DNA of 64,000 nucleotides from Felis catus (GCF_018350175.1 NC_058383.1:1798001-1862000), one strand, 5' to 3'. Positions 49,801-61,605 are shown, numbered from the stretch's first letter. Notes: generated by a model not told the origin, from the sequence alone. Made by a program: numbers and translations.

Positions 49801-51383
49801 AAGGAGAACCAGCAACGGCCCAGCTCCCCCCAGGGCAGGGAACTGACACCAGCACGATACGGGACGGCACCAGGCAGCCAGCACACGGGGCCGCGGGCGG
49901 ATGCTTTGAGGACGGCGCGTGAGGACCAGGGACGACCGCGAAGGCTGCGGCCCCCACCCACGGGACCACCTTCCTCCGTCTGTGCACCGACGCTTAGGGT
50001 CCAGGAAGATGAACGGGACCCCCAGGGAGTGGCTGCCGCCCAGGACTCGGGCGGGGAGGGGGTTTTCGGCCTGCACGTGTCTCGCTATCTTGTAACGTAC
50101 GTTCCGTGCGAGACACGATGAAGAACAAAGTCCCGCGGCCACCTTGTTCTACTTTGTTGTCAAGGAAAACAAATATTTACGAACACGAGTGGTCTCCCAA
50201 CTGGTGACACCAAGAGCACGCGGCTGCAAGGGATGTGCGCCTGGACGTCCCCACAGGCCGGGCACCGCGACCCACGAGAGGCCGGTCATCGCACCACAAG
50301 AACACAGAGAAATAAGCAGCTGGGGGGTGGGGGTGCTGAGGGGCTCCTGGAAGGCTCCGTGGGAAGACAGGTTTCAGATAAAGCCGAAATACTGAGCAAG
50401 CATCCTCCCAGAGAAGAGGACATCGTGGGCCCCGCACTCAGGCCCCACGGACCCTGGGCCTAGGTCACGGACTCTGGCCACGACTCCCCGACCTCACGGG
50501 ATCCACGAGGCAGCTCTCTCCAGCCACGCGGAGGGCCCGTGGAGGGACGCTAATGCCAACCTCCTAGCTGTCACCAAGGCGTCACAGGGTGAACAAAGCC
50601 AGCCTGGACGTCCCATTCTCAACAGAATCTGATGGACTGTGGCCACCAATTGCCCCGGCCACCTAAGGAACTGTGCAAGGCACGATCGCTGGCGCCAGGG
50701 ACAGTCCGGGCAGGGCCACGGAGGCAGAGTCCAGGCCCAAGGGGCAGCTGTCAGCCACAAAGAAATGCGGCTTGGTCGCAAGAGCAACAGGCAGAGTGAC
50801 TGCCCAGAGCTTCACTGACAGACAGCCCTTGGGAAGCCGCGGCGAAGAAGGATCTTAAGAGGTCACGGTGGAGACAGCTGGCCGCTGGTGACGTTTTAAC
50901 CGCATGACAGCAGTGAGCACAGCCAAGGCTGGCGCGACCTGGAAAATGCTCTGGAGACAGATTGGGAGGCGGCGGCGATGCGCTGGCGGGGAGGGGGGCG
51001 AAGACGAGAACCGGGGGCTGGGCCGGGCGCAGAGTAGACACGGTGCCCTTCCCTGAGACGGGGAACGGGGCCAGGCGCCGGGCTGGCCGTCCCAGGGCGG
51101 GTTCCTCACAACAATCCCCAGGCCTCAGCGGGAACAGGGAACTTGTCGTAAGAGGCAGAACTTAACGCCGACTCCAAAGGGCCGGGTTTCCGGACCGTTG
51201 CACGCGGAGGCTGCGCTTGAGAGAGGGGGCAGGAAGGAAACGGGACAGAGCCCTGACAATCCCAACATTCAGCCGAGGGGCGGCGGCACAGAGCGCCGAG
51301 CCGACCGACCCTCCCAGGTCACCGGCAAGGTTACCGAGGAATCAACAAAGCCAAGATTAGTAATTTCTAAAAGCGGATAAACA

Positions 51384-51590
51384 GGGTGCCTGGATGGCTC
51401 AGTCAGTTAAGCATCCAACTTCAGCTCAGGTCATGATCTCACGGCTCGTGGGTTGGAGCCCCGCGTCGGGCTCTGTGCTGACAGCTCAGAGCCTGGAGCC
51501 TGCTTCAGGTTCTGTGTCTCCCTCTCTCTCTGCCCCAAACCTGCTCGTGCTCTCTCAAAAATAAAATAAACATTAGAAAGGAAAAAAAGA
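51384..51590 (+). mobile_element. Can-SINE, SINEC_Fc type
   Basis: GGGTGCCTGGATGGCTCAGTCAGTTAAGCATCCAACTTCAGCTCAGGTCATGATCTC...GACAGCTCAGAGCCTGGAGCCTGCTTC..., AATAAA tail. Confidence 0.94.
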
Positions 51591-51599
51591 AACCAGAAT

Positions 51600-52022
51600 T
51601 ACACCTTCTAGATCCATCCATGTCATTGCAAACGGCAAGCTCTCATCCTTTTCGATGGCTGAGGAACGTTCCGCTGGGTACGTATGCACCACGTGTTTTC
51701 TGCCGGCTCATCAGTCGATGGACATCTGGGCCGCTTCCACAGTCTGCCTACTGTCCATAGTGCTGCTACAGACATCGGGGTGCATGTGCCCCTTTGAGTT
51801 AGTGGTTTTGTTTCCTTCGGGTAAACACCCAGTAGGCGATGAGAGACTCTTACTCTTAAATCAAGAGGGGAGGTGGGGGGGGGGGGGATGGGTGAAACAG
51901 ACGACGGGGATTCAGAGCGCGCTCCTGGCGGCAAGCCCTGAGGGACGCATGGCAGCGTTGAATCACTACACCGTGCACCTGACACCCAGGACACGGTAGG
52001 TCAACTCTGCGGAGAAAATAAC
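51600..52022. mobile_element. Short carnivore LINE-1 insertion with an inverted 5' segment (minus 51600-51835, plus 51838-52022)
   Basis: The minus part encodes LLGVYPKETKPLTQRGTCTPMSVAALWTVGRLWKRPRCPSTDE (L1 ORF2 C-terminus). The plus part gagagactctta...ggggaggtggggg...gatgggtgaaacag...gttgaatcactacaccgtgcacctgacac resembles the carnivore L1 3'UTR. Confidence 0.82.
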
Positions 52023-52259
52023 TACACGTATACACATGTGAGATGCTGGAAGGCTAAGCATGTAAATGACACTGGTGAGACCGGCTGTGGCTAAAAGGAC
52101 AGGAAGCTGTCTTAAAAACAGGTATCTTCCTTCCTGGGTCACGCTTCCCGCCTGCACACGGGGCATTCTCGATGCGAAGGGGGACTCTGCACGCTGGAAC
52201 CGCACGCCGCCTTTACCTTCTCCCATATCCTAAGAAACCTAGTCCCTCATTTAAACTTT

Positions 52260-52925
52260 CTACATTTAAAAAAATGAGCATCCCTTAAAAAGAACGTACG
52301 ACTAAAATCACACCGAACAGTGAACTGTTAACGGCCTTCCCTGAAGACTGAACAAACGAGCTGCCGATGACCACAGCCGCTATTCCACGCCGGCCTCGCC
52401 CATTAACAGGCCAGGGGAAGTGAGCACCTGGGTGGCTCGGTCGGTTCTCGATTTAAGCTCAGGTCGTGATCCCAGGGTCACAGGACCAAGCCCCGTGTCA
52501 CGCTGGCCACATGGAGCTGCTTGGGATTTTCTCTCTCCCTCTCTCTCTGCCCGCCCCCCACTTGCGCATGCAAGCTCTCTTCCTCTCTCTCAAAATAAGT
52601 GAACTTTAAAAACAAAAATCCAAGAGAAGAAAGGCAAGATCAAAAGAGAGAAGCAACTGTCTTTATTTGCACACAGCACCATCATTCACATAGAAAACCT
52701 TAAAGAATCTAAAAAAAGCTCACCGATGCTAAAAGTAGACTGAGCAGAGCACACGGCACAAGGTCAATATACAAAATGTATATTTCTCATGTTCTGACTA
52801 GCAGCAAAATCTAGAAAGTGAAATTTTTCAAAATTCTACTCAAAAACAGCATCAAAACTATAAAAATACTTAGGATTCAATTTGTCCAAAGGTGTCCTCT
52901 TCACAGAAAGAAACACTAGAAATAA
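52260..52925 (+). mobile_element. Old LINE-1 ORF2 (RT region) remnant, interrupted by a SINE
   Basis: actgtctttatttgcacacagcaccatcattcacatagaaaaccttaaagaatct, cacaaggtcaatatacaaaa, aaaatacttaggattcaatt. Confidence 0.75.
52422..52617 (+). mobile_element. Older, diverged Can-SINE
   Basis: gagcacctgggtggctcggtcggtt...gctcaggtcgtgatcccagggtc...ctgcttgggattttctctctccctctctctctgccc...caaaataag. Confidence 0.88.
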
Positions 52926-54062
52926 CCGCGTGGTCAGTTTCACGGCCAAGAGTTGTCAACCCAGAAGAGCTCCCCAGAATTCTTCCGTATGAACCCGCGT
53001 GAGTCGCTGTTACTGGTGTGGACTTGGGGAACCAACCACGTGCTTCAGCGGAAGTCCTTGGAAACCCGTCAGGGCCCCGACGCTCCGAACGTTTTCACCT
53101 CAGGAGAAACACTCCTCAAGACCCCCACCCGAAGTCCGTCTCCCACGGCAGATCCCGCAGGCGCTGTGCCCGGCGGCAGGCGGTCACAGCTGTGACAGAC
53201 CACGGTGCCAGCGCCGGTGACGACGTCAACCGCTGCTGATCACGACGGGCCTCTCCGCCCTGAGTCCAGCACCCTGCGGGCCAGTGGCTCCCAGACTGGC
53301 CCGAGGAGTCTGACAAAAATAAAGATGGCGAGGCCCTCCCGCGCCTTACGAGATCTCTACACGCGGTGGTCTTTCCTACGGTCCCCAATGTCTGGTGTCA
53401 GAATCACTCCAAATTACACCTCAAGGTGGTTATCTCCCCATAAAAACCACGCTCATCCATTTCAATGAGTCAGATGTTAATACCCACTTACTTCTTTCAA
53501 AACAGGATTATTCATCATCCTTACACACATCTCGCCTAACTTTTTAACGTTGTGTTTGCAACTCTGCCCCAGAAATCATCCAATTTCATCTGCTGCGTTA
53601 TTCTTCTTTATGACAACCTCAGCAGACGGTTCACACTTGAAAATAATCAGGAATAAGTTAACCAAGGCCATTAAGCCTCTGTCATCTGTGGGGCCGGCCT
53701 GGAGCTGTACGAGCACCCAGACCCCAGCTGGTGTCTTCCCCGGAGGACGGTCTCAGAGGCTCCCGGAGAAGAAGTGAGCCAGGCATCCCCAACTTTCGGC
53801 CCCTCGGTGCACAGACTCAGGGTGCAGGCCCAGACGTGACGGCATTCAGACAGTGTTCTGACGCGTCAGTAAACGGTCAGGATTTCCTGATTTTTAGTCA
53901 GGAAGAACATGATTTCAGACTTCGGTGAACCCAAAATGTCACAGGGTGAGAATTACACAGAACTAATGAACTACAGAGGGACCCTTCATTGGGGTTCTTT
54001 GTGGATGTCGTTTGAAAGTTCCACTTTCTCGATACTTAAGGTACTTCCTTTGTAAGCTTTCT

Positions 54063-54238
54063 GTTTTCTTTATTTATTCTGAGAAACAGGGGAGGGGCAG
54101 AGAGAGAGAGGGAGAGAAGAATCCCAAGCAGGCTCGGCACAAAACCCAATGCAGGGCTCGATCCTACAAACCGTGAGTTCGTGCCCTGAGCTGACACCAC
54201 ATCCAGAGACTCAACCGACGGAGCCCCCCCGGCACCCC
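54063..54238 (-). mobile_element. Can-SINE (diverged) with a perfect 14-bp TSD
   Basis: tttatttattctgag...ggaggggcagagagagagagggagagaagaatcccaagcaggctc...ctcaaccgacggagccccccc ggcacccc. TSD tttgtaagctttct at 54049-54062 and 54240-54253. Confidence 0.92.
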
Positions 54239-55429
54239 TTTTGTAAGCTTTCTAACCAACAATTCAGTGACCTCGGCTCTGATGAAAGTAAAATTTGCAA
54301 ACGATATCTGACCCTCATTGACACTCCGGAATTTGGAAATCCTCCTTTTCACGGCAATATGGTTATTTGTGTACGTTCTACAAGAACCTCTCTTTTTCAA
54401 GAGCCCAGAACTGGACAACTAGACAACCAAAGTCTCACCTGGACGGTGTGTGTTTGAGAACGACGCTCAGTGGATAGAGCACACCAAACCGCTTTTAAGG
54501 GTCAGACGACGACTGCCCTCCGGCAAGGCCAACAAACCCCCAGGGAAACAGCCTGGTCCCTGGCTTACAGGCACTCCGCCCCACGGGTCGTCAGGCCACT
54601 TCCAAGAAACCAGGAAATTTAGGATACTCAGGGGGGCCTCAAGAAGAGAGGGGTTCACCGGAATTTATAGGCGTCGCAGGTGAGATCTGGTGGAGAGGAT
54701 TTACAAGTCCTGTTTCTCAGCCTACACACAGCAAACAGCCTGTAAACGTCCAGTCTGCGATTTCTTATCTGAGTCTCCACAGCAGCTAATGCCGTGCCTG
54801 GTTACCACCGTACAGCTCCGGGGTTCTGCACAGCCAGAGAAGGCCCACGTGTCCCACGAATACAATCAGGGCACCCACAGCAACGATGAGGTCGAACCTA
54901 CTGACCCCAGCCGCAAAGAAGCAGCTTTCTCTGAGACTACGACTGTCATAGAGGGAGGCAAAGTGAAAAGCTTCGAGGGGCGGAGGAAAACGGTAAGCTG
55001 GTATCCAGTCTTGATAACCCTCAAGGCTCTTTCTCGCTCCCGCCATCTCTGACCTACACCACAGCCTGGTAAGTAGAAGAAAACGGACAGTAAGGCGAAA
55101 ACTATCCACAGAACTACACCTTCCACCTGCGAAACACGGCAGCTCCCTGCCCTCTGGACACGGACCATCCTCCATCTGGCTTCCTCGCACAGACTCACAC
55201 CCGTTCACTAGAACTACGGCCACAAAGCACAAACAGGTGCGCGCCGATACGGATGGAGGACAGAGCCACCGCGTCCGCGGTGCCGGTCACCCGCACTGCC
55301 CTCGCACCCGGCACTGCCAACTTTCTGCTGCTCTTGAACAAGCACCGGCACCAGAGGGGCGCGCATCTGTCGTCCAAATCTGCTCCTTCGGCAAGAAGAG
55401 ACGACCTTACTGGTGCCGTCGTTAATATC

Positions 55430-56100
55430 TGATACGACCTACAAGAGCCCTCCTTCTATTAAAGCTACCAGAACATCACTGCAAAAAATGAAGAGACACA
55501 CCATGAATCAGAAGGGTCAACGCCGTCAGACGGCAATTCTCTCCAAACTGATCCATAAAACCAGGCAAACTCGATAAAAATGACATCAGGATTTTCGCAG
55601 ATGCTGACAGCCATTTCTAAAACATACACGAGAAGCAAGGGAAACTCTACCGCAAACAATCGGAGGAAAGGACAAAAATGTAGAAGGCCCGTGCTACTGA
55701 TTTCAAGACTTACGGTAGAGCCACAGCATCAAGAAAGCAGCACGGGCACGAGCACATGGATTCCAGAAACAGACCGCCGCGTACACGCAACCTTCATCTG
55801 GTCACAGTCACAACGGTAAAGGAAAAAGAGCGGCTTTTCCAAAACCAGTGTTAAACTTGATCAGAGAAGGAGTTAAAACGGAGCCCCGGCTCCAGCCGTG
55901 GGCTGCCCGCAAGATGGATCACACAGCTGCGCGTAAGAGACGAGAACACAAAGCTTCTAGAAGAAAACACAGGACAATTAATTTGCAAGCACGAGACGGC
56001 AGAAAACTCCTTAAAGCATAAAAACCACTCACCATAAAAGACAAATACCGATAAACTGAATTTCATCAAAATCAAGCCACGCCATCGAGCAAACGCGAAG
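55430..56100 (+). mobile_element. Old LINE-1 ORF2 remnant
   Basis: gacggcaattctctccaaactgatc, tactgatttcaagacttac, aagatggatcacacagct, aagcttctagaagaaaacacagga, aaactgaatttcatcaaaat. Confidence 0.8.
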
Positions 56101-56381
56101 ACATCAGACGCTTCGTGGCGGTGGTCGACCACGACTATCCCCAAGCGAGAGGGGCCTGGCGGGGCTCTGTAATGAGAAGACCACCACTGACCAGGCAGCC
56201 GGCCGTCTGTGTGACATCCCACAGCGGAAAGGCGAAGAAAAGACCAGACAGAGGTCTGCAGGGGCAACCACGGCGGACACGGTTCAGAGCCAGCGGGAAG
56301 ACATACAGTGACGTCTGAGATCCCGCTCTCGGGTCGGGTCTGCAAGTGCCGCACGCGGCCCTCAGCCCTAGCGGCTGCGTG

Positions 56382-56410
<29 letters not shown>
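56382..56410. repeat. (CA)14 microsatellite, followed by an inverted (GT)4G
   Basis: Read directly. Confidence 0.95.
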
Positions 56411-56412
<2 letters not shown>

Positions 56413-57039
56413 GTGTGTGTGAGTTAGCATTTTCTGCACATAAACCGTGTCACCTGCGCTGTTGCGTCCACCTCTTCCCGTCCCATCCTCGTGCCTTTGC
56501 CCTCCATCCTCACGTGACTGTCCCAGGCGAGGTGAGCCGGGCTCCTGTCTGCACTCCTCCTCCTCCCCCTCCCCTCCTCCTCACAGTGGGCAGGCACCAG
56601 TGACCCGGCCTCCTGCGTGGACCCCCTGCCCACTGCTCAAACCCGCTGCCGGCCTTATCCAGGGCATCTTATCTTCACGTCAGTCATTGCACGTTTCAAC
56701 TGCACAATTTCTATTGTGTCCCTTTCTATAATTTCCGTGCATTAATATTCTCTACTTCTGTTGAGCGTTTTGCCTGCGTTTGAGCTGCCCTTTCCTGTTT
56801 CTCTGCGCGTCTCGTACTTGTTGTCGGGAAGGGGGCATTTCGAAGAGTCACGTGGCAGCTCGGGACACCAGGCCACCCCCCCCCTGACCTGGGAGGCCAC
56901 GTGCCATGTGGATCCCGTGTCCCCAGCTTCTCCCCCGCTGTGTGCGGCACCGAAGGCTGCCCGGCCCAGCGGCAAGAAACACAGATCACGGCCGTGAGCC
57001 AGCGCGGCACGCCCGGGCAGACGGCGGCGGGGGGGGGCG

Positions 57040-57632
57040 GTGCTGGAGGGTGGCGTGGCACAGCCGCCGTGGAAAACACTTGGGCAGTTCCTCGGAAAGT
57101 GAAATCAAGAATTACCCTCCGGCCCGGCAACCCCATCCTAGGTACTTACCCAAGCTAAGTGAGGACACAACCACACAGAAGCCTGTTTGTGACGGCTCCC
57201 AGCACCACCAGTCACAGCCCAAATGGCTATCGGCTATGAGCGGATGAACAAAATGCAGTACGTCCATCCAAAAGGGTAGGATTCACGCACGAAAGTAACA
57301 AGGTACAGAGACGTGCGACCGACCACATGGAGGAACCCTGCAGAGGTTACGTTAAAGTCAAAGAAACCAGACGCAAGGGCCTCGTGTGGGATTTTACGAG
57401 AAGCACCCGGAGGAGGCAGGTCCACACAGAGAGAAAACAGACCCGCGGTTGCAGAGGCCGGAGGAAAGAAGGCGGCGTGGCTGCTAAGAGGTGCAGGATT
57501 TCGTGTGAGGGTGGTGAAAATGTTCTGGAATCGGGGCTACAGCTGCACAGTCTTGGGAGTATCCTGACAACATACGCTTTGAAACAGTCAACTTGATGGA
57601 ACACGAATTACATTGTGGCAGTTAAATAAAAC
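57040..57632 (+). mobile_element. Old LINE-1 3' end (L1MB-like), possibly continuing the 55430 fragment
   Basis: ggcacagccgccgtggaaaacacttgggcagttcctc, gaattacc, ggatgaacaaaatg, acatggaggaaccc, aagaaaccagacgcaa, gggtggtgaaaatgttctggaa, terminal aataaaa. Confidence 0.8.
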
Positions 57633-57692
57633 ACACTAAGAAATGAGAAGCCGGGCCATCGACTCGGCGGGAATACTGGCAGGGCACACAGA

Positions 57693-57995
57693 CAGTTGCC
57701 CTTGAAGCACACAGGCGCCAGCTGCTGGGCCCCCCCATGCACACTAACGGTACGGTGCTGTAAACGCACTCCCTCTTCTGCATGATTCTCTTAGGAACAT
57801 TCTCTTTTCCCCAGTTTATTCTGAGAATACGGTACAGAATACATGTAACATATAAAACATGCAATTGACTATGTTATCAGCAAGCTGGTCAACAGCAGAC
57901 GGTAAGTTTTGGGGGAGTCAAAATTATGTGCAGATTTTGGACTATGGGGGGGGAGGTCGGCACACTTAGCCCCTGCGTCTCTCAAGGGCCAATAG
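57693..57995 (-). mobile_element. TcMar-Tigger MITE (Tigger2a/MER28-like)
   Basis: Degenerate terminal inverted repeats cagttgcccttgaa (57693) / tcaagggccaatag (57982-57995). Internal taagttttgggggagtcaaaattatgtgcagatttt and catgattctcttaggaacattctcttttc match the reverse complement of the recalled Tigger2a consensus. Confidence 0.8.
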
Positions 57996-57996
57996 T

Positions 57997-58560
57997 CTGC
58001 ATAAAACACCTCTGCCGTGTACCAGGCCGTGGCGGTTGTCTTGAGGAAAAGCACTTCTCTGTTTGACGAGCCGATTTTTGTGGAAAACCATTTTCCTTGA
58101 AAACATGACTGACAAACAACAGTTACTCAAACCTGAGTATCTGGTACACAATTCTCACAAGGGAGTTGAGTGAGTTTCTCACCTCCGACAAAACAACCAA
58201 GAGTATTTGCTGCCAATGACAATGTGAACTTTTCAAATACCAATTAGGATTTTTAAAAATTTCTGTCTGCCACCATAAGCTTCACAAGGTCATATTTCTA
58301 AAAGACTTTTCAGAATCTGTTGGCAATGTGATGTTTTAAGATGTGTAATAAAACACAGTAACATTTATAACATCTGCACAACTCAGTGAACTGGTATCTG
58401 TCAAATGGCCAACGTGTGGATAAAATATCCACTCAAAGAACAAGACAGACCAATGAATTTCATTGCAAGAGCTTGCACAGAACGAGGGGTTGGAGACACC
58501 GTGGACAGGGCTTCAGTTTCCACACGGCAGTGGGCCTCTGACAAATCATCACTTGCACAA
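57997..58560 (+). mobile_element. hAT-Charlie (Charlie1-like) transposase remnant
   Basis: ggttgtcttgaggaaaagcactt, accattttccttgaaaacatgactgacaaaca, gtatttgctgccaatgac, atctgcacaactcagtgaac. The ORF 58405-58587 peptide WIKYPLKEQDRPMNF is like Charlie WVKDPFKVQDRPMDF. Confidence 0.8.
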
Positions 58561-58567
58561 GCCTTCA

Positions 58568-60310
58568 CGCTAAGATGCCAATACTAATCAAAGCAACCAA
58601 CAAATTCATGCCACCCCTGTCAACATTCCAGTGACTTTTGCAGAAACAGAAAACTCAATCCTAAAATTCATATGAAATCTCAAGGGACCCAAAATAGCCA
58701 AAACAATACTGTGGGGGGTGTGGGGGGGGGTCATCATAGTGGGAGGGCACATGCTTTCTGATTTGACAACTTATTACAAAAGCCACAGTAATCAAAACAA
58801 AGTGGCACTGGCATAAAAAACAGACATGCACGCTCGTGGAATACAGCCGGGAGCCCAGGGGCGCCCGTGGGTCTCAGTCGGTTGGGCGTCCGACTTTGGC
58901 TCAGATCATGATCTCACCATTCATGAGTTCAAGCCCTGCACTGTGCTCTGCGCTGACAGCTCAGAGCCTGGAGCCTGCTTCGGTTTCTGTGTCTGCCTCT
59001 CTCTCTCTCTCTCTCTCTCTCAAAAATAAACAAACATTAAAAAAAAAGAACAGAGAGCCCAGAAATAAATCCTCGCACACACGGGTCAAATGATTTTCAA
59101 CAAGGGTGCCAAGACCATTCAGTGGGGAAGGTCAATAAACGGGGCTGGGGGCCCCGGACATCCATGTAAAAGGAAGGATTCTGGACCCCTACTCAAGATC
59201 ATATACAAAATAAACTCAAAATGGATCAAAGACCTACAAGTAGGAGCTAAAACTGCAAGTAAGACTCAGAAGGAAACACGAGGGGAAAGCTTGCGGACCC
59301 TGGACTTGGCGATGACTCCAAAGCACAGGTAACAAAGGAAAGAGAGAAGCCGGACTCAGTCAAAATTGACCACTTGTGAAGAAGGACACCAGCAGCAGAG
59401 CGGACGGCAGATCACATGCTCTGACAAGCGCCAGCACCCGGAACACAAAGGATTCCCGAAAGTGAGCATCCAGAGAACAAACAACGTGAGTGCGGGCTGG
59501 CAAAGGACGAACACACGCGTCCGCAAAGACACGCAGAGGCCAACGAGCTCATGGAAACACGCTCCCCGTCCCTCGGCACTAGGAACGTGGAGACGGAAAC
59601 CAGTCAGCTACCACCTCGCGCTGGTGAGGGCGCTTCCCATGAAAACAAACCAAACAACAACAGCAGCAAAGAGCAAGCAGACAACAGGTGTTGGCGAGAA
59701 GGCAGGGGGAACCCTCTGCCCTGCTGGCGGGAACGTAAAGTGGGGCAGCAACAGAGAACACGGCACGGTGATCTGTCGAAACAGCCAACACGGAACCACC
59801 ACGGGAGCCAGCAGCTCCGAGTCTGGGTACAGACCCCCTGAACGGAAAGCGGAGTCTGGAAGAGACGCCTGCACCCGCGTTCAAAGCGGCAGTGTTCACG
59901 ACGCTCCGAGGGGAGGAGGCAGCAGTCCGAGGGTCTGCGGCCAGAGGAATAAAGCAGCCGGGGTCTGTACGCGGCGGGTGACGCATCAGCCTCAGACAGG
60001 AAGGAGATGCTGACGCCCATCAGCGCGCGGGTGAGCCGAGGACGTTCCGCTAAATCAAACTCAAGAGCGGACTCTGAACGCATTCGCTTCTGCCAGGTCC
60101 CTGGAGTCCTCAAATTCACGGGGACAGAGAGGAGATGCGGCTGCCGGGCGCTGGGGAGGGGAGGGACAGAGGGGCTGGGAAGAGGAGGCAGTCCTGGAGG
60201 CGGGCGGTGCGGACGGCTGCACGACCGCGTGCGTGCCAGAGAAGTGCAGGCCTGAAGATGCCCGAAATGCCACCTGGGACCCACGCATACTTTACCACAA
60301 TAGAGAGAAA
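58568..60310 (+). mobile_element. Old LINE-1 (L1MB-like) ORF2 3' part plus 3'UTR, interrupted by a SINE
   Basis: atcctaaaattcatatgaaatctcaagggacccaaaatagccaaaacaat. ORF 59090-59332 MIFNKGAKTIQWG...KINSKWIKDL is L1 ORF2. Ends tttaccacaatagagagaaaa. Confidence 0.88.
58858..59047 (+). mobile_element. Can-SINE, SINEC_Fc type, nested in L1
   Basis: GGGGCGCCCGTGGGTCTCAGTCGGTTGGGCGTCCGACTTTGGCTCAGATCATGATCTC..., (CT)n, A-tail. gagccca is repeated on both flanks. Confidence 0.93.
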
Positions 60311-60659
60311 ACCCGTAACCTGTTCGGAAACCGTGCCCGACGAGCCACAACCGTCTGAAAAGCCGATTAGGGTGCGTCTGCCCTGAGTGCGGGGAGTGGG
60401 CGCCTGAGCACAGCGGTGGGAGGAACGCAAAAGGGCACAGCCCCAACCGGAGACCGTCCCGGAGCTAGAGGCGTGCTAGTGCTAAACGTAATTGTGTCAA
60501 TTATGAAACATTTTAGGTACAAAATAAGTCTATAAAGTTAGAACGGAAAAATACGGAAAGCATCCTCACCCACCACGGGACACGCGATCACACACCCTTC
60601 CACGCAGCTCGCGGTTCGCCTCGAGGAAACACCACCGCCGACACGTAGACGCACACAGG

Positions 60660-61330
60660 TTACCATACACGCATGGCATTGCTTATAATTGCAAAACACC
60701 AGAAACCACCTGCGTACTAAGCCCGGGACACTGGCTGAAGAATTAGGATAACAGCGCACATGACGGGGTACGAGGTCGCTATAAGAAAAAAGAGGAGGGG
60801 CGCCTGGGTGGCTCAGTCGTGAAGCATCTGACCTCGGCTCAGGTCACGATCAGGGGTTTGTGAATTTGAGCCCCGTGTCGGGTGAGCCCCGCTCCTCTCT
60901 CTCTGCCCCCCTGCTCACGTGTGCACGTGCTGGCTCGCTCGCTCTCTCCAAAAAAAAAAGAAAAGAAAAAGAGTATTGATAAAAACCAATCGTGCATTGA
61001 TTTTCAAGATATCGTTACGTAAGACAAAGTGCCTAAGAGTATATACAGAATGCTGCCTTTCGTGGGGCAGAAGAGGGAAGAAAATATGCATATTCCTCTT
61101 AATTACAAACAGTAACACAGGAGGGATACAGCAGGAAAAATAAATAAAATAGGTTATCTCCAAGGGAAGGGAAGGGAAGACTTGAACGGAAGGGGCCCGG
61201 GACGGAAGACACTTCTTTGGATTTGCCTCCATGTACAGGTGTGACAGTCTAAGACGTGCTAAGGCTCCGTACGTTGCAAACAGTCGAATGAGAAAAATAA
61301 CTCCAGGGGAAGAGCAAGCAGAGAAAGTAT
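60660..61330 (+). mobile_element. Very old LINE-1 3' end (L1MC/L1ME-like), interrupted by a SINE
   Basis: gcattgcttataattgcaaaacaccagaaaccacc, gattttcaagatatcgttacgt, gtatatacagaatgctgcctttcgtg, acaggagggatacagcaggaaa. Confidence 0.6.
60797..60962 (+). mobile_element. Can-SINE, internally deleted
   Basis: GGGGCGCCTGGGTGGCTCAGTCG...CTCGGCTCAGGTCACGATC..., A-tail. TSD-like aagaaaaaagagga / aagaaaaagagta. Confidence 0.9.
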
Positions 61331-61369
61331 CCCACTTAATTCAAATGAGTATCATAAAGGCTCAAGAGT

Positions 61370-61605
61370 AAAAAGGAGGGAAGGAAAGAAAGGAGAGAAG
61401 AGGAAGGGTGTAGAGGGGAAGAGAGGAGGGCGGAAGGGGAGAGGGGAGGCAAGGGGATGGAGAGAGGAAGGGGGAGGAGGGGAGAGGGGAAGGGGGGAAG
61501 AGAAGAAGGAGGGGGAGAGGAGGAGGCAGAGGAGGGGGGAAGGGAGGGCAGGGAAGGAGGGGGAAGGGAGGGGCAGGGGAGGAGGGGAGGAGGGGAGGAG
61601 GGAAG
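61370..61605. repeat. Polypurine (G/A) low-complexity tract of ~235 bp
   Basis: Almost exclusively G and A on the + strand, with many GGG/GGGG runs. Confidence 0.92.

Noticed and set aside
58405..58587. Possible domesticated hAT transposase
   Set aside because: Only a short peptide within a frameshifted, stop-ridden Charlie1-like fossil.
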